Positions 38,215 through 48,658 of a stretch of DNA of 64,000 nucleotides are shown here, in pieces. Source of the stretch: a virus; IMG/VR virus record IMGVR_UViG_3300021170_000008, positions 1 to 64,000 of that record. One strand, given 5' to 3'. The first letter of the stretch is position 1, and each line of letters opens with the position of its first letter. Under the pieces are notes generated by a model, which saw only the letters and a program-made list of their open reading frames with translations, was not told the DNA's origin and made no database searches. The position numbers and the translations under genes were made by a program.

Positions 38215-38976
38215 GTGGATAAACCCCGTATTTACAAATACCTAACTTCTGGCCGTCCACGGCTCGGATGGCTCAAAAAATCCACTAATCAGGCTAAATT
38301 GGCCCTAGCGGATGCCTTTCGGTCTGATCTAAACACGCCAGAACGCTTGACCGGCGCGTGGTTAGATTCATTTGAGAGGCGGGGTGACGGATATCATTTC
38401 GACCGTCAGTATGTAGTCCTTGGCTGGATTGTGGATTTCTGGTGCGAAGAACTCTACTTAGCTATAGAGATCGACGGATCAGTCCACAACACCACCAAGA
38501 CTGCGGCTAGGGATCAAATCAAGAACACCAGCCTTACGCGATCCGGTATCGCGGTCGCCAGAATAAATCCGGACGCAGATCCATGGGTTTTCAGGCTGTC
38601 TCTAGCGTCCGCCATTATCACTAGACAACAAGAACTGTACTTAGCTGGATTTCCTATCGCGGATTCGAAAGTCACTGGGTGCCGAGCCGAACTACTTAAG
38701 TACAAAAGCGAAATTATCGACAGAATCAAAGCCGAGAAACAAAATGCTATATGGGCTTTCCGCACCAGGATCTTTGACGATAACGTAAACAAAATTTCGT
38801 ACGACGAGTGCGGCTATAGTAATTTTTTCTGGGAGTGGTATTTTGGCGAAAAAGAAGCTGACGACGAGCGGTTTGTTGGTATCACGGTTCGCGATATCCG
38901 CAGTGGGGTAGTGCTAGGCGATGGACCAAGGACCATGGCTGAGATTATGGATTCCATGGGGTTCAAGCGTGTCTAG
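38215..38976 (+). CDS. DUF559/Vsr-like endonuclease domain protein
   Basis: TPE..L...F.RQY....WIVDF.C....LAIEIDGSVH...RD. Confidence 0.75.
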   Translation: MDKPRIYKYLTSGRPRLGWLKKSTNQAKLALADAFRSDLNTPERLTGAWLDSFERRGDGYHFDRQYVVLGWIVDFWCEELYLAIEIDGSVHNTTKTAARDQIKNTSLTRSGIAVARINPDADPWVFRLSLASAIITRQQELYLAGFPIADSKVTGCRAELLKYKSEIIDRIKAEKQNAIWAFRTRIFDDNVNKISYDECGYSNFFWEWYFGEKEADDERFVGITVRDIRSGVVLGDGPRTMAEIMDSMGFKRV

Positions 38977-40081
38977 TATTCTTCCATACTATCCGCTATA
39001 CGTGTACGACTTCGACGACGATCCAAACGTCCTGTCGATGAGCCTGCCTGAAGTTGGGTTGTACCAATTAGCACTAAACGAGGCGTGGAAGCGGGGGTCC
39101 ATCCCGGACGACCCTACGGCCCTCGCCGTCCTGATCCGCCGGAAGCCATCCGACGTGAAAAAGGCTTGGTTGAAAGTGCGCTCGTGCTGGATCGAAAGCG
39201 GCACGCCCGGAAAATTGGTAAATCCACGCCAGGAGAAAGAGAGGGAGCTTGCGTTGCAGAAGTCCGCTGCGGCATCTGCATCTATAAGAAAGCGTTGGAT
39301 TGATGCTAAATCAGATCCATACGGACGTATTACTACGCGATCTGAATCTGATTCTGTATCTGGTTCTTCGGGATCAGTGCGTTCAAACACAGATAGAGCT
39401 ACTACGCGCGCGAGGATTGAGCCGGAACGGTTCATGCGAATGTGGTCGGATCATCGCGGTTTCAAGAAGCCGTCACGCGGTCAGCGTCCCAGAATTCTCG
39501 AAAAGATGCAGACTATCGACATCACAGAAGACGAATTGGGACCGTCCATGGATGGTTTTTATAATTCGGACTGGGCTAAAGAACAGAGCTACCCAATTTT
39601 CGCTTTCCTGAAAGATCCGCTTTCCTGGAACGAGCCCGCCACGTACGACCCGCCTGCGCCATTAACTGGAAGTGTCCCGTCTTCCACCGGGGGCGCGGTA
39701 CAAGCTAATTACGCTGTACAGAATATCGATTTCGTGGCAATATGGAACACTGACGCTCCCAGCGCCCCAAAAGCTGGCATGTTTTCAGCGCAGGAGCAGC
39801 GCAGGATCAATTCTATCCAACGTGATGAACCAGACTTGGCGGATAATTACCGTGACGTTGTAGGGCGCGTGCAAGCCATCTGCGCGAATCTGCATTCGGA
39901 CTGGAAAGATGAGTCGGATTGGTTTAATTTCGAATGGGTGGTACTGAAAGGGAACTGGGGCCGGGTGCAACGTGGTGTCTGTAACTTTCTGACTCGTCCG
40001 AAGCGAGCAGGTGGTCCAGGTGGCGGGAAAGGTCGGGCAGTAGATCTCGCTGATCGTATTCTGAAAAGAAAGGGCGCATAA
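38969..40081 (+). CDS. DUF1376 (YdaU-like) phage replication initiator
   Basis: PYYPLYVYDF...MS..EVG.Y..L...W..GSIPDD...LA; upstream of DnaB. Confidence 0.75.
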   Translation: MSSILPYYPLYVYDFDDDPNVLSMSLPEVGLYQLALNEAWKRGSIPDDPTALAVLIRRKPSDVKKAWLKVRSCWIESGTPGKLVNPRQEKERELALQKSAAASASIRKRWIDAKSDPYGRITTRSESDSVSGSSGSVRSNTDRATTRARIEPERFMRMWSDHRGFKKPSRGQRPRILEKMQTIDITEDELGPSMDGFYNSDWAKEQSYPIFAFLKDPLSWNEPATYDPPAPLTGSVPSSTGGAVQANYAVQNIDFVAIWNTDAPSAPKAGMFSAQEQRRINSIQRDEPDLADNYRDVVGRVQAICANLHSDWKDESDWFNFEWVVLKGNWGRVQRGVCNFLTRPKRAGGPGGGKGRAVDLADRILKRKGA

Positions 40082-40440
40082 TGCAGGAAACGCCGGAAGC
40101 CGTAGCGGCCATTTTGAAGATGGCGTCAAAAATGGAAAGTATGCCTGGATTTCCACGGACAGACGACGGCCTGGAGGGCTACGCCGAAGGGATCTGCCGG
40201 ATTATTCAAGATCAGCCCCAAAAGGAACTGCTAGCGATGGAGACGGCTCAAATTCTAATCAAGCGAGCCATGGATGATTTCGAGCGTTTCCCGACAGTTA
40301 GAGAGATGAGCGACTTTTACCGGGATGAACTTCGATTCCAACCAGCCTACAAAGGCCCCGTAGATATGGTCGAAGTCGAGTGGGCGCGAGCCAACCAGGA
40401 ACCAAAATGGGAGCGGTCGAAACAGGAGCCAGGAAAATGA
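40081..40440 (+). CDS. Hypothetical protein (possible helicase loader/inhibitor-like, FPT...)
   Basis: Position between initiator and DnaB. Confidence 0.5.
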   Translation: MQETPEAVAAILKMASKMESMPGFPRTDDGLEGYAEGICRIIQDQPQKELLAMETAQILIKRAMDDFERFPTVREMSDFYRDELRFQPAYKGPVDMVEVEWARANQEPKWERSKQEPGK

Positions 40441-40827
40441 TTGAAATCGAAGACGACGATCCACGCCAGAACAAAGCCGAGATCCCGTGTCCGGCCTGCG
40501 GCTCTGAGCGGGTATATTTCGAGTCCCTGCTTTTGTCTGACCGATATTACTGCCGCAATTGTGGACGGATCTGGGAGGAAGACGCTCTATGAAACGCGGA
40601 AACGGAACCCACGACAGCCGAGACGCACAGCCGATACTTGGCTACGAGTTTTTCGAGAATAATTTCCGGTGTACGCGATGCTTTGAGGTCGTCCCAGACG
40701 ATTCCCTGACCTGCCCATTTTGTCTCGCTAAGAATGCCCCTAAAAACCCGGCTCCGCCCCGGTCAAGAAAACGCAAGATCAATTCCGCTACTCAGGAACG
40801 CCTACCGCTTTACGGGAGTACACGCCT

Positions 40828-41300
40828 TGACTAAAAAATTCACGTTGTACATGGAAACGACTCGTATAGCCCCTGAACGGACGGTTGGGGAGGTAACGTC
40901 AGAACTAGTACGGGCTGGGGCATCGCAGATTTCGACTGACTACAAAGACGGGAAGCTCGTCGGTCTTCGGTGGATTATGCGGATCAACGGCGTAGACGCC
41001 CTATTTGACATGCCAGCACGAGTCGAGCCCGTCATGAAGCTATTTCTGGATCGCCGTAGCGACAAAGGTAGGTGGATCAACGCTAACGAAAAAGCCGAGC
41101 TACGCCTGAAAGCTGAGCGCGTGGCGTGGCGGCAACTTCTCCGTTGGTGCCAAGCACAAAACGCGATGATAGAGAGCCAGATGGTGCAGCCGAGCGAAGT
41201 CTTTCTGGCATACTTAGTCAACCCATCGACCAACCAGACCCTGTTCCAGCACATGATGGAGACGCGCTTCAAGGCGCTCCCTCCGGCTTCAGAGCAGTAG
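40828..41300 (+). CDS. Conserved phage protein (AERVAWRQL..W..AQ...VFL.Y)
   Basis: Recognisable motif; start uncertain. Confidence 0.6.
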
Positions 41301-41303
41301 CCC

Positions 41304-42644
41304 ATGGAGCCACTCCCGCCCGTTCCGCCGGAAGAGCTATCCCTTCCATCAAGCTCCGAGACTGAGCGTATAGTTTTAGGGTCCTGCTGTCTGGGGACGG
41401 CTTACGCAACGGAAGCCGTAGCGCGTTTAACGACTGACGATTTCTACGGCCAGACCAACCGGCGAACTTTCCAGTGCATAAAAGAACTCGTCACCGCCGG
41501 GATAACCGCAGACTACGTTACCGTTTTTGAAAAAGCAGTGCTCGCTGGATGGCACCTGGAGATCAGCCAGACGTTCCTGATGGGCCTGACGGAGGGCATC
41601 CCGGACCTGATCAGCCTGACGGCTTATATCGACATCCTGATCGAGAAATCCACGTTACGGCGGTTGATCCGGATCGGCATGGAGACCCAGGCGCTGGCCT
41701 TGCGTGGGGATTTTTCGTCCGGCGAGATCGTAGGTAAGTTGACCGAGCGCCTGGGCGGCGTAGTACGTGACAAGCAGGAAGGTCCGCGGTCGCTAAAAGT
41801 ATTCGTCGATACTTTTGAGGGTGGAATTGGGAAGCTGCTAGATCCGAGCTTGGCTGATCCAGGCATCCCGACCCGCTTTACGAGAATCGACGAGCTTACT
41901 GGAGGGTTTCATGAGTCAGAAATCTGGTTACTTGGCGGTTATACGGCATCCGGGAAAACCAGTATGCTACAGAACATCATCACCAACATCGCCCTATCCG
42001 GAAAGCGTGTTGTGTTTTTCAGCCTGGAGATGCCCACGCGCCGGATCTTCGAGCGCATGATCTGCGAACGCGCTGGGATCAGCATGACCCGTTTCCGTGC
42101 TGGTGGATTGCCAGCAGACGACAGAAAACTCATCCAAGAAGCCTCTAACGTCGTCTACGATCTTCCAGTTTTGATCGACCACCGCAGCGGTCGCAAGGCA
42201 TCCGACATCGCCATGGCGGTAAAAGCGATCCACCAAAAAACTCCTGTGTCGCTCGTGTGCATAGACTACATCCAGCTTGTGCGACCGGCGCATCGTAGCT
42301 CGTCTGGGAACGAACGTCTGACGGAAATAACGACCGACATCCAGCAGTTGGCGAAAGATACCGGCATCCCGTTCCTGATCGCGTCGCAGTTGAACCGCGA
42401 GTCGCAAAAACGCGGCTACCAATCGAAAAAAGAGATCGTCCCACAGCTTTCAGATTTTCGCGATTCTGGATCTATCGAACAGTGCGCTAACGTCGCGATG
42501 ATCATCAACCGTCCACAGGTTGATCAGGTTCGCGGTGACTCTAGCTCACGCGCCGACATTCACGTATTGAAGAATCGTGACGGCGCAATCGGCGTCGTGC
42601 CGCTGCGCTTTACGGGATGGAAGTTCAGCTTCGCAAATTCGTAA
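41304..42644 (+). CDS. dnaB: Replicative DNA helicase
   Basis: GYTASGKT, FFSLEM, IDYIQL, SQLNR, SDFRDSGSIEQ, KNRDG. Confidence 0.95.
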   Translation: MEPLPPVPPEELSLPSSSETERIVLGSCCLGTAYATEAVARLTTDDFYGQTNRRTFQCIKELVTAGITADYVTVFEKAVLAGWHLEISQTFLMGLTEGIPDLISLTAYIDILIEKSTLRRLIRIGMETQALALRGDFSSGEIVGKLTERLGGVVRDKQEGPRSLKVFVDTFEGGIGKLLDPSLADPGIPTRFTRIDELTGGFHESEIWLLGGYTASGKTSMLQNIITNIALSGKRVVFFSLEMPTRRIFERMICERAGISMTRFRAGGLPADDRKLIQEASNVVYDLPVLIDHRSGRKASDIAMAVKAIHQKTPVSLVCIDYIQLVRPAHRSSSGNERLTEITTDIQQLAKDTGIPFLIASQLNRESQKRGYQSKKEIVPQLSDFRDSGSIEQCANVAMIINRPQVDQVRGDSSSRADIHVLKNRDGAIGVVPLRFTGWKFSFANS

Positions 42645-42725
42645 CGAAGTGCTTGACACGATGTACGGAAACGCCGCATACTTAATCGTTCAGAAATCCA
42701 AACGCAGTACTTTTCGAGGTATCTA

Positions 42726-43496
42726 ATGGCCGACATCGCGATCCGCGACAACTCAGACGCCGTATTTCTATCTACAATACTCAGCCCGGAAGAGAAAGAG
42801 ATCATCCGCGAACTGCTCACAACTACGCGCCCGGCAAACGAGGTCATCCCGGATGATATTTCATCTTCCGACCTGTGGATGATGCTGGCGGCAACGTGTA
42901 AGGGCGTCAAGGGCGTAGAAGACGCTAAGAGCCGCCTGAAAATCTTCCTTGGAAGAATGTTGGTCCAGCTTCAAAAACACCCCGAACTGTATCAGGCCCA
43001 CGGCTATCCCAACTACAATTCCTTTATGACCGAGGGCGTCCAGGCGCTGTTCGGCGTCAGTCGCAACGAAGCGTTCGTCTGCAAGAAAATCATCGAAGAG
43101 CTTGGCGACCGTCTGACCATCGAAGAGATGTCCGACATGGGGATCAGCAACTTGAATCTGGTGGCCAATGCGATCCGGCAGAAGGTCCCAGACGGCGTCG
43201 CTTCGGACGTTCGGGAACGCGAGATAACGTACTGGGTCGATCACGGCAAGACCGATAATTACGCGACCCTCAAAGAGCGTCTAGTGATCCGTGGCATTAT
43301 CGATGAGGGCGAAATCGATATGCAGATGCTCAGTATAAATCTCCAGAAAAGTGTCCGGGATCGCTGGATGCGGTTCCGGAAACAAGACTGGGTCAAGGCT
43401 CACGCAGGCGAGACGGATTCGATGATCTTAGACGCGCTCATGTCTGAAGCAATGTGCTGGGAAGCGACTGTCGAACGGGAGCGGGAGCAGGCGTGA
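42726..43496 (+). CDS. Hypothetical protein
   Basis: SD GAGGT; promoter TTGACA-N18-CATACT upstream. Confidence 0.65.
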   Translation: MADIAIRDNSDAVFLSTILSPEEKEIIRELLTTTRPANEVIPDDISSSDLWMMLAATCKGVKGVEDAKSRLKIFLGRMLVQLQKHPELYQAHGYPNYNSFMTEGVQALFGVSRNEAFVCKKIIEELGDRLTIEEMSDMGISNLNLVANAIRQKVPDGVASDVREREITYWVDHGKTDNYATLKERLVIRGIIDEGEIDMQMLSINLQKSVRDRWMRFRKQDWVKAHAGETDSMILDALMSEAMCWEATVEREREQA

Positions 43497-44065
43497 AGAA
43501 GATCCCGACAATGTTCGAGCGTGACTGGGCTGGCGATAAAAGCCGGGTCATAAACAAGATCCATCCAGGCTGTGAATGGGTCGCTAGCGGTGAAGGCGTT
43601 GCCACGCGCAAGATCGACGGCACTAGCTGTATGGTGCGTGACGGCAGGCTTTATAAGCGCAAAGAGCTACGGGCCGGTGAGCCGCAGCCTGCGGACTTTG
43701 AACTTTCCGACAAAGACGAAGAGATCGGAAAAACGATAGGCTGGCTGCCGGTAGGCAACGGCCCGGAGGATAAGTGGCACCGTGAAGCATTCGCGGCAGT
43801 AGCATTGCCGGACGGTACGTACGAACTTGTCGGCCCTAAGATCCAGGGGAACCCGGAGGGGTTTACGTATCACTGCTTAGTGCCGCATGACGAGACCGGA
43901 GAGCTACCGGATGTCCCGCTAACCTTTGATGAACTTAAGGAATTTCTGGACGGTCAGGATATCGAAGGTATCGTTTTCCATCACCCAGACGGCAGGATGG
44001 CTAAGATCAAGTTGAAGGATTTTGGCTTGAAACGCATGAGGCCGATGGATGCGCTCAGCGCGTAG
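43493..44065 (+). CDS. ATP-dependent RNA ligase-like nucleotidyltransferase
   Basis: RKIDGTS (KxDG), YELVG, EGIVF, MAKIK; GTGA-coupled start. Confidence 0.8.
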   Translation: MKKIPTMFERDWAGDKSRVINKIHPGCEWVASGEGVATRKIDGTSCMVRDGRLYKRKELRAGEPQPADFELSDKDEEIGKTIGWLPVGNGPEDKWHREAFAAVALPDGTYELVGPKIQGNPEGFTYHCLVPHDETGELPDVPLTFDELKEFLDGQDIEGIVFHHPDGRMAKIKLKDFGLKRMRPMDALSA

Positions 44066-44363
44066 CAAGGGCCTCAAAGATCCGGCTTATTTAGCTTTTG
44101 TCCATGAATTTACCTGTGTTGCCTGCGCCGGAGTGGTCGTAAAAAGAGTATCAGGTAGGCCAGTCCAGGCTCATCATGCGGGAGCGCGGGGATTGGGGCA
44201 GAAATGCTCAGACAGGGAAACAATCCCGCTCTGTTCACTGCACCATTTGGTAGGAAAGGACGCTATCCATGTCCTTGGTAGGAGATTCTGGGATTACCAC
44301 GGACTAGACAAAGATCGAATAATCGAGACGCTAAACAAGCTGTATGATTCGCGGGAGAAGTAG
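44049..44363 (+). CDS. DUF968/Ref-like HNH-fold nuclease
   Basis: C..C...AHH...G.GQK.SD..TIPLC..HH. Confidence 0.7.
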   Translation: MRSARSKGLKDPAYLAFVHEFTCVACAGVVVKRVSGRPVQAHHAGARGLGQKCSDRETIPLCSLHHLVGKDAIHVLGRRFWDYHGLDKDRIIETLNKLYDSREK

Positions 44364-44845
44364 TGATCACATTTACCGTCTACGGAACGCCTGCACCAAA
44401 GGGCAGCAAGAGATTTGTCGGGCTAAGTAAGCTCGGACGCGGAATCCTCGTAGAGTCAAGCAAGAAAGAAAAGCCATGGGCTGAGGCAGTTAAGTACGCC
44501 GCGCTACAAGCCAAGGAGGATGCCGGTGGCGGTCTTGATGGGCCGATCTCAGTCGTCATGTTTTTCACTCTCAAAAAACCGGCTTCCGCACCGAAACGTA
44601 AGATTACTTACCCAGACAAAAAGCCGGACTTGGACAAGATTATCCGGAGCACGGCAGACGCCATGGTTGCATCTGGGATAATTCATGACGACTCAAGGAT
44701 AGTTCAGATAGTAGCGGCTAAATTCTATCCTGGAGAAGCCTCACAGGCATTAACATCACCTGGGGTCAGGATTACCATCAGCGATTACCGCTTGACAAAT
44801 ACTCAGGCCGTGAGTGATTCTGGTACTGAAGGAGAACTTCAGTAA
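44363..44845 (+). CDS. rusA: RusA-family Holliday junction resolvase
   Basis: GTPAPKGS, KPDLDKIIRSTADAM, DDSRIV. Confidence 0.9.
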   Translation: MITFTVYGTPAPKGSKRFVGLSKLGRGILVESSKKEKPWAEAVKYAALQAKEDAGGGLDGPISVVMFFTLKKPASAPKRKITYPDKKPDLDKIIRSTADAMVASGIIHDDSRIVQIVAAKFYPGEASQALTSPGVRITISDYRLTNTQAVSDSGTEGELQ

Positions 44846-45117
44846 TGAATATCGAGCAGATGGTTTTACAGTTGACCGCACAAAAGAATCGCCTGGATGT
44901 GGCGATCTCCGCGCTCCAGGCTTGCAATGGCACCCGGCGTGGACGACCACGAAAGATTTCTCTTCCTGAATTCGACTATCACCGTGGCCAGGAATTCGAA
45001 AGGCCGCGTAAGAAGAAGCGTCACATGAGCCCCGAAGGCCGTCTGGCGATCCAGAAAGCTATCCAGAAGATGTGGAAGCGCCGGAGAGCGGAAGCCAAGG
45101 CCAAGAAAACTAAGTAG
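44845..45117 (+). CDS. Small basic putative nucleoid-associated protein (acidobacterial-type)
   Basis: RLD.AI.AL...RRGRP...KR.MS.EGR..I......W. Confidence 0.6.
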   Translation: MNIEQMVLQLTAQKNRLDVAISALQACNGTRRGRPRKISLPEFDYHRGQEFERPRKKKRHMSPEGRLAIQKAIQKMWKRRRAEAKAKKTK

Positions 45118-45133
45118 GTAACAAGGAGAAAAT

Positions 45134-45541
45134 ATGCCTGGATGGTTTGGTGTTGGGTTGGATGGAACACTAGCTAAAAACGAGGGGGCCGATCTTGCGA
45201 AGACTATTGGCGAGCCAGTTCCTCTCATGGTTAAGCGAGTCCAAAAATGGATCTCTGGCGGTATCGAAGTCCGGATCTTCACGGATCGGGTGGCGGAAAC
45301 AGGCCACGAGGGATTCTACTCATATCATTCAAAACTAACCCCACAGGGGCAACGTAAGATCATCGAAGATTGGTGCCTTGATCACATCGGCACCGTGCTA
45401 CCGGTAACCTGCGTGAAGGATTGGGGTATGGTAGTACCTTACGATCATCGCGCCGTAAGTGTTGAAAGGAATACCGGAAGACTGGCTTCAGTCCATGGGG
45501 ACAGTGATGATGTCGATGTCGATACTGTTGAAGCCGCTTAA
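45134..45541 (+). CDS. HAD-fold phosphatase-like protein, degenerate motif I
   Basis: GVGLDGTL (expected DxDGT), IGEPV, VRIFT, YDHRA. Confidence 0.7.
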   Translation: MPGWFGVGLDGTLAKNEGADLAKTIGEPVPLMVKRVQKWISGGIEVRIFTDRVAETGHEGFYSYHSKLTPQGQRKIIEDWCLDHIGTVLPVTCVKDWGMVVPYDHRAVSVERNTGRLASVHGDSDDVDVDTVEAA

Positions 45542-46917
45542 TGACGCCGGTAATGATCCCAGACTTTCCACTTTCCGACCAAGACCTGCTTGAAGCCGGG
45601 ATGTTTGCGGCAAAGGAAGCAAAGTTCGATCTGGCCGAGCGCTTATTCCTGGGCTCGGTCAGTCTGAACGGGAGAAACTATCACTCTCTCGGGAATCTGG
45701 GATCGCTGCTGAGCCGTTCAGGCCGTCTGGATGAAGCCCAGGAGTACCTGACCAGAGCTATCGCGACACGTCCTAGCCACGCTGTCGCCTGGGCTATGCT
45801 AGCGACGGTCTACAATCATAAAAATCAGTTCCTTGACGCCCGGCTGTGCGATCAACGAGCTATCGAGCTTGATCCGTCTCACGCTGAGTTTCACAAGCAT
45901 CTAGCCGGGCAGTGGGAGATCGCCGGTAACTGGGACAAAGCCGAAGAGTGCTACAAAAAAGCCGTCGAACTGGCCCCTGCTGACGCCTATATCCGTACCG
46001 GCTGGGGCATGGTCAAGATGCTCCGGGGGGATTTCGCTTACGGGTTACCACTCTATGAGTGCCGCAGGCAGCTTTCTGAAGCGTATAACGTCGGAATCAA
46101 GGGAGTGACGCAGCATCCCATTGAGATCTTCGCCCGGTGGGCCACACACAACGAAGAGTGTGAGCAGATTGTAATTGAATGCGAACAGGGCGTGGGGGAT
46201 CTGTTCCAGATGTCCCGCTACGCGCCGATGCTTCAGAAGCTGTTCCCTAACGCCAATATCGTACTGCATTGTTTCCCGGCGCTCGTAGATCTCATGAAGC
46301 GTTTCTACGGGTTCCACGACATCGTATCGCAGGACGAAGAGATTGAACATGCTAGCAACTCGTTCTCGGTAGCCGTGATGTCGCTGCCCTATCTGGCGAC
46401 ACTGTTTGGTCAGGATATATATCAGCCACCGACGCAGGTGAATCTGGAGGGATTGCCGCCGGTGTTGCGGAATGTGCCTGGGAGAGATTTCAAGATTGGC
46501 GTCTGCTGGAAGGGCAATCCAGGGCATGGACTAGATCGCTTTCGGTCTGTCCCATTCGAAGCATTCAGGCAGGCGCTTCCGTATGTGCAGAGCTATACGA
46601 TAGTGAACTTACAGTACAAGGACACCGAAGCTCCGGATAACTGGGTGAGTGGCACTTTTACGTGGGAGCAGACTCTGGCCACAGTCTCTAAGATTGATCT
46701 TGTTTTGACTGTTGATACAGCCGTGGCACATCTTGCCGGAACCATCGGGAAACCTGTCTGGCTGCTCACCGCTGCGTTAAATGATTTTCGGTGGCAATTA
46801 GAAAAGGAGACCACCCCATGGTACAACTCTATGATACTTATAAGGCAGGAGAAATTATTGTCATGGGAGCCGGTAATGGCCAGGGTAAGGCAAATGCTGC
46901 AAAAATCCGTCCAATGA
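45541..46917 (+). CDS. TPR-repeat glycosyltransferase (GT9-like C-terminus)
   Basis: TPRs; EQGVGDLFQMSRY, IGVCWKG, DLVLTVDTAVAHLAG..GKP.W. Confidence 0.85.
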   Translation: MTPVMIPDFPLSDQDLLEAGMFAAKEAKFDLAERLFLGSVSLNGRNYHSLGNLGSLLSRSGRLDEAQEYLTRAIATRPSHAVAWAMLATVYNHKNQFLDARLCDQRAIELDPSHAEFHKHLAGQWEIAGNWDKAEECYKKAVELAPADAYIRTGWGMVKMLRGDFAYGLPLYECRRQLSEAYNVGIKGVTQHPIEIFARWATHNEECEQIVIECEQGVGDLFQMSRYAPMLQKLFPNANIVLHCFPALVDLMKRFYGFHDIVSQDEEIEHASNSFSVAVMSLPYLATLFGQDIYQPPTQVNLEGLPPVLRNVPGRDFKIGVCWKGNPGHGLDRFRSVPFEAFRQALPYVQSYTIVNLQYKDTEAPDNWVSGTFTWEQTLATVSKIDLVLTVDTAVAHLAGTIGKPVWLLTAALNDFRWQLEKETTPWYNSMILIRQEKLLSWEPVMARVRQMLQKSVQ

Positions 46918-47390
46918 AGTTAAACGCCAAGTCCACGGCTCTTTTTTGGACTCACGTAAACGTAAGAGAAGAAGATAAATGCTGGGAGTGGATGGCGTAC
47001 CGGAATCCAGACGGATACGGGATTATGGGCGTTGGTCGTGGAACCGCATCAGCGCATAGATACAGCTACTTGCTAGCGTTCGGGGACTTCGATCTGTCTC
47101 TTCGTGTTCGACACACCTGCGACAATCCTCCGTGCGTTAATCCTAAACACCTATTACTTGGTACGCAGGGTGACAATGTGATTGATTGTATTACTAGGGG
47201 GCGTAGGGGTGATATGTCACGTCCAGGTTCGCGGAATGCTATGGCGAAGCTCACCGAAGAATTAGTACTGAGGTTACGGTCTGAATGGATTCCAAGGATT
47301 GTTACTGCGAGAGACCTTAGCGCAAAATTTAATGTGCCGCATAGCACGGTATCGAAGGTATTATTGCGAAAAACCTGGAAGCATGTCTGA
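46914..47390 (+). CDS. HNH homing endonuclease
   Basis: CWEW, GYG, AHR.SY, HTCDNPPCVNP.HL..GT..DN. Confidence 0.85.
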   Translation: MKLNAKSTALFWTHVNVREEDKCWEWMAYRNPDGYGIMGVGRGTASAHRYSYLLAFGDFDLSLRVRHTCDNPPCVNPKHLLLGTQGDNVIDCITRGRRGDMSRPGSRNAMAKLTEELVLRLRSEWIPRIVTARDLSAKFNVPHSTVSKVLLRKTWKHV

Positions 47391-47623
47391 TTGCTCCAGC
47401 TTCGTGATCTCCGTCGTCACGGGTTCTGGTAGATATTTATTACCTACCGGGGGAGGCCGGTGGCGGCGGGGATCAGGAGGCTGTATAGCGTGATACGCGA
47501 TATCCCAGACTTCCCGAAGTATGGAGTTGATGATCTTGGAAAGTATCCGGAGCTTGGTAGAAAGTATGGCGTTAGTAGTAAAATGGCTGGCTATATTATT
47601 CGCCGTCAGTCTTGGACACATAT

Positions 47624-48658
47624 ATGATCCGAGCTTGCTTGCCGGTAGGGGATACATGGGGTTGGGGGGTTTGTGGGCGCAATCTACTCCAAGAACTTAC
47701 CAAGCTAACCGATATAGGGCAAATCACAGATCCAGGATTGCCCCTATTGATGGCAGTGCAGGGAGCTAATTTCCAACCACTAAAGTACGTCCCATCCGGA
47801 CCTAGGAATGTTGGATTTGCCTTCATTGAACAACCATCGGAGGCTGTAAAATACATTGAGACATATAAGACCTACTACACCGATCTTATCTGCGGGTCAC
47901 AGTGGATGGCCGAGATGATGCGGGAGATTGGTGTAGAGCGTACCCGCGTAGTACTACAAGGGTTAGACTCGGAAATCTTTAAGCCATCACCAGAACCAAG
48001 AGATCTAAATTCCCCATTTACAGTCTTTGTTGGATCAAAAGCCGAACTCCGTAAAGGGACAGATATCGCTATCGCGGCCCTGGCGATCTTCCTGAGCAAG
48101 CACGCAGACGCGCAGGCGATCCTGGCTGTGGGTAACCAGTGGCCCATAACGATGCACACGCTAGCGAATAGTAAGTGGATCAACTACCAACCAATCAGCG
48201 ATGACTGGCGCATCCAGATCCGTGCTGTGCTTACTGGCAACAATATATCCTTGTCTCAGGTTGAGCTTCCTGAGCTTAGCACCAATCTGATGATGCCAGA
48301 TCTCTACCGGCGCTGCGACGTGGGATTATTTTTAAGTCGGGCCGAAGCCGGTACAAATATGGTCCTTAACGAAGCCGTGGCCTGCGGCGTCATGCCCATT
48401 GCGTCATTCGCCACGGGACACACAGATGTCCTACGTGGTTTGGCTGGGGCTCAGAGTCTTTGTAACGGCAAGACTGATGGACCTGACGGCTGGTGGGAGC
48501 CGAACGACCTGGATGATATTTTGAAATACCTAGAAATGGCTTATCAGGACCGACAGCTTACCCGCAACAACGGGTTAGCGGCAGCTAAGTCTATTAAGAA
48601 CGTCGTCAGGGACTGGCCCACTATGGCGAAGCGGATACTGGAGGTTTTGACTAAGTGA
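47624..48658 (+). CDS. GT4-family glycosyltransferase
   Basis: RKG.D, SRAEAGTNM...EA.ACG...TGH; probable start MIRAC. Confidence 0.8.
   Translation: MIRACLPVGDTWGWGVCGRNLLQELTKLTDIGQITDPGLPLLMAVQGANFQPLKYVPSGPRNVGFAFIEQPSEAVKYIETYKTYYTDLICGSQWMAEMMREIGVERTRVVLQGLDSEIFKPSPEPRDLNSPFTVFVGSKAELRKGTDIAIAALAIFLSKHADAQAILAVGNQWPITMHTLANSKWINYQPISDDWRIQIRAVLTGNNISLSQVELPELSTNLMMPDLYRRCDVGLFLSRAEAGTNMVLNEAVACGVMPIASFATGHTDVLRGLAGAQSLCNGKTDGPDGWWEPNDLDDILKYLEMAYQDRQLTRNNGLAAAKSIKNVVRDWPTMAKRILEVLTK

Noticed and set aside
39341-39375. TCTG(A) repeats as replication iterons
   Set aside because: Short and explained by the SESDSVSGS low-complexity linker; cannot support an origin call.
46914-47620. Group I intron around the HNH gene
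   Set aside because: Flanking genes look complete and I could not see P/Q/R/S core elements; treated as free-standing HNH.
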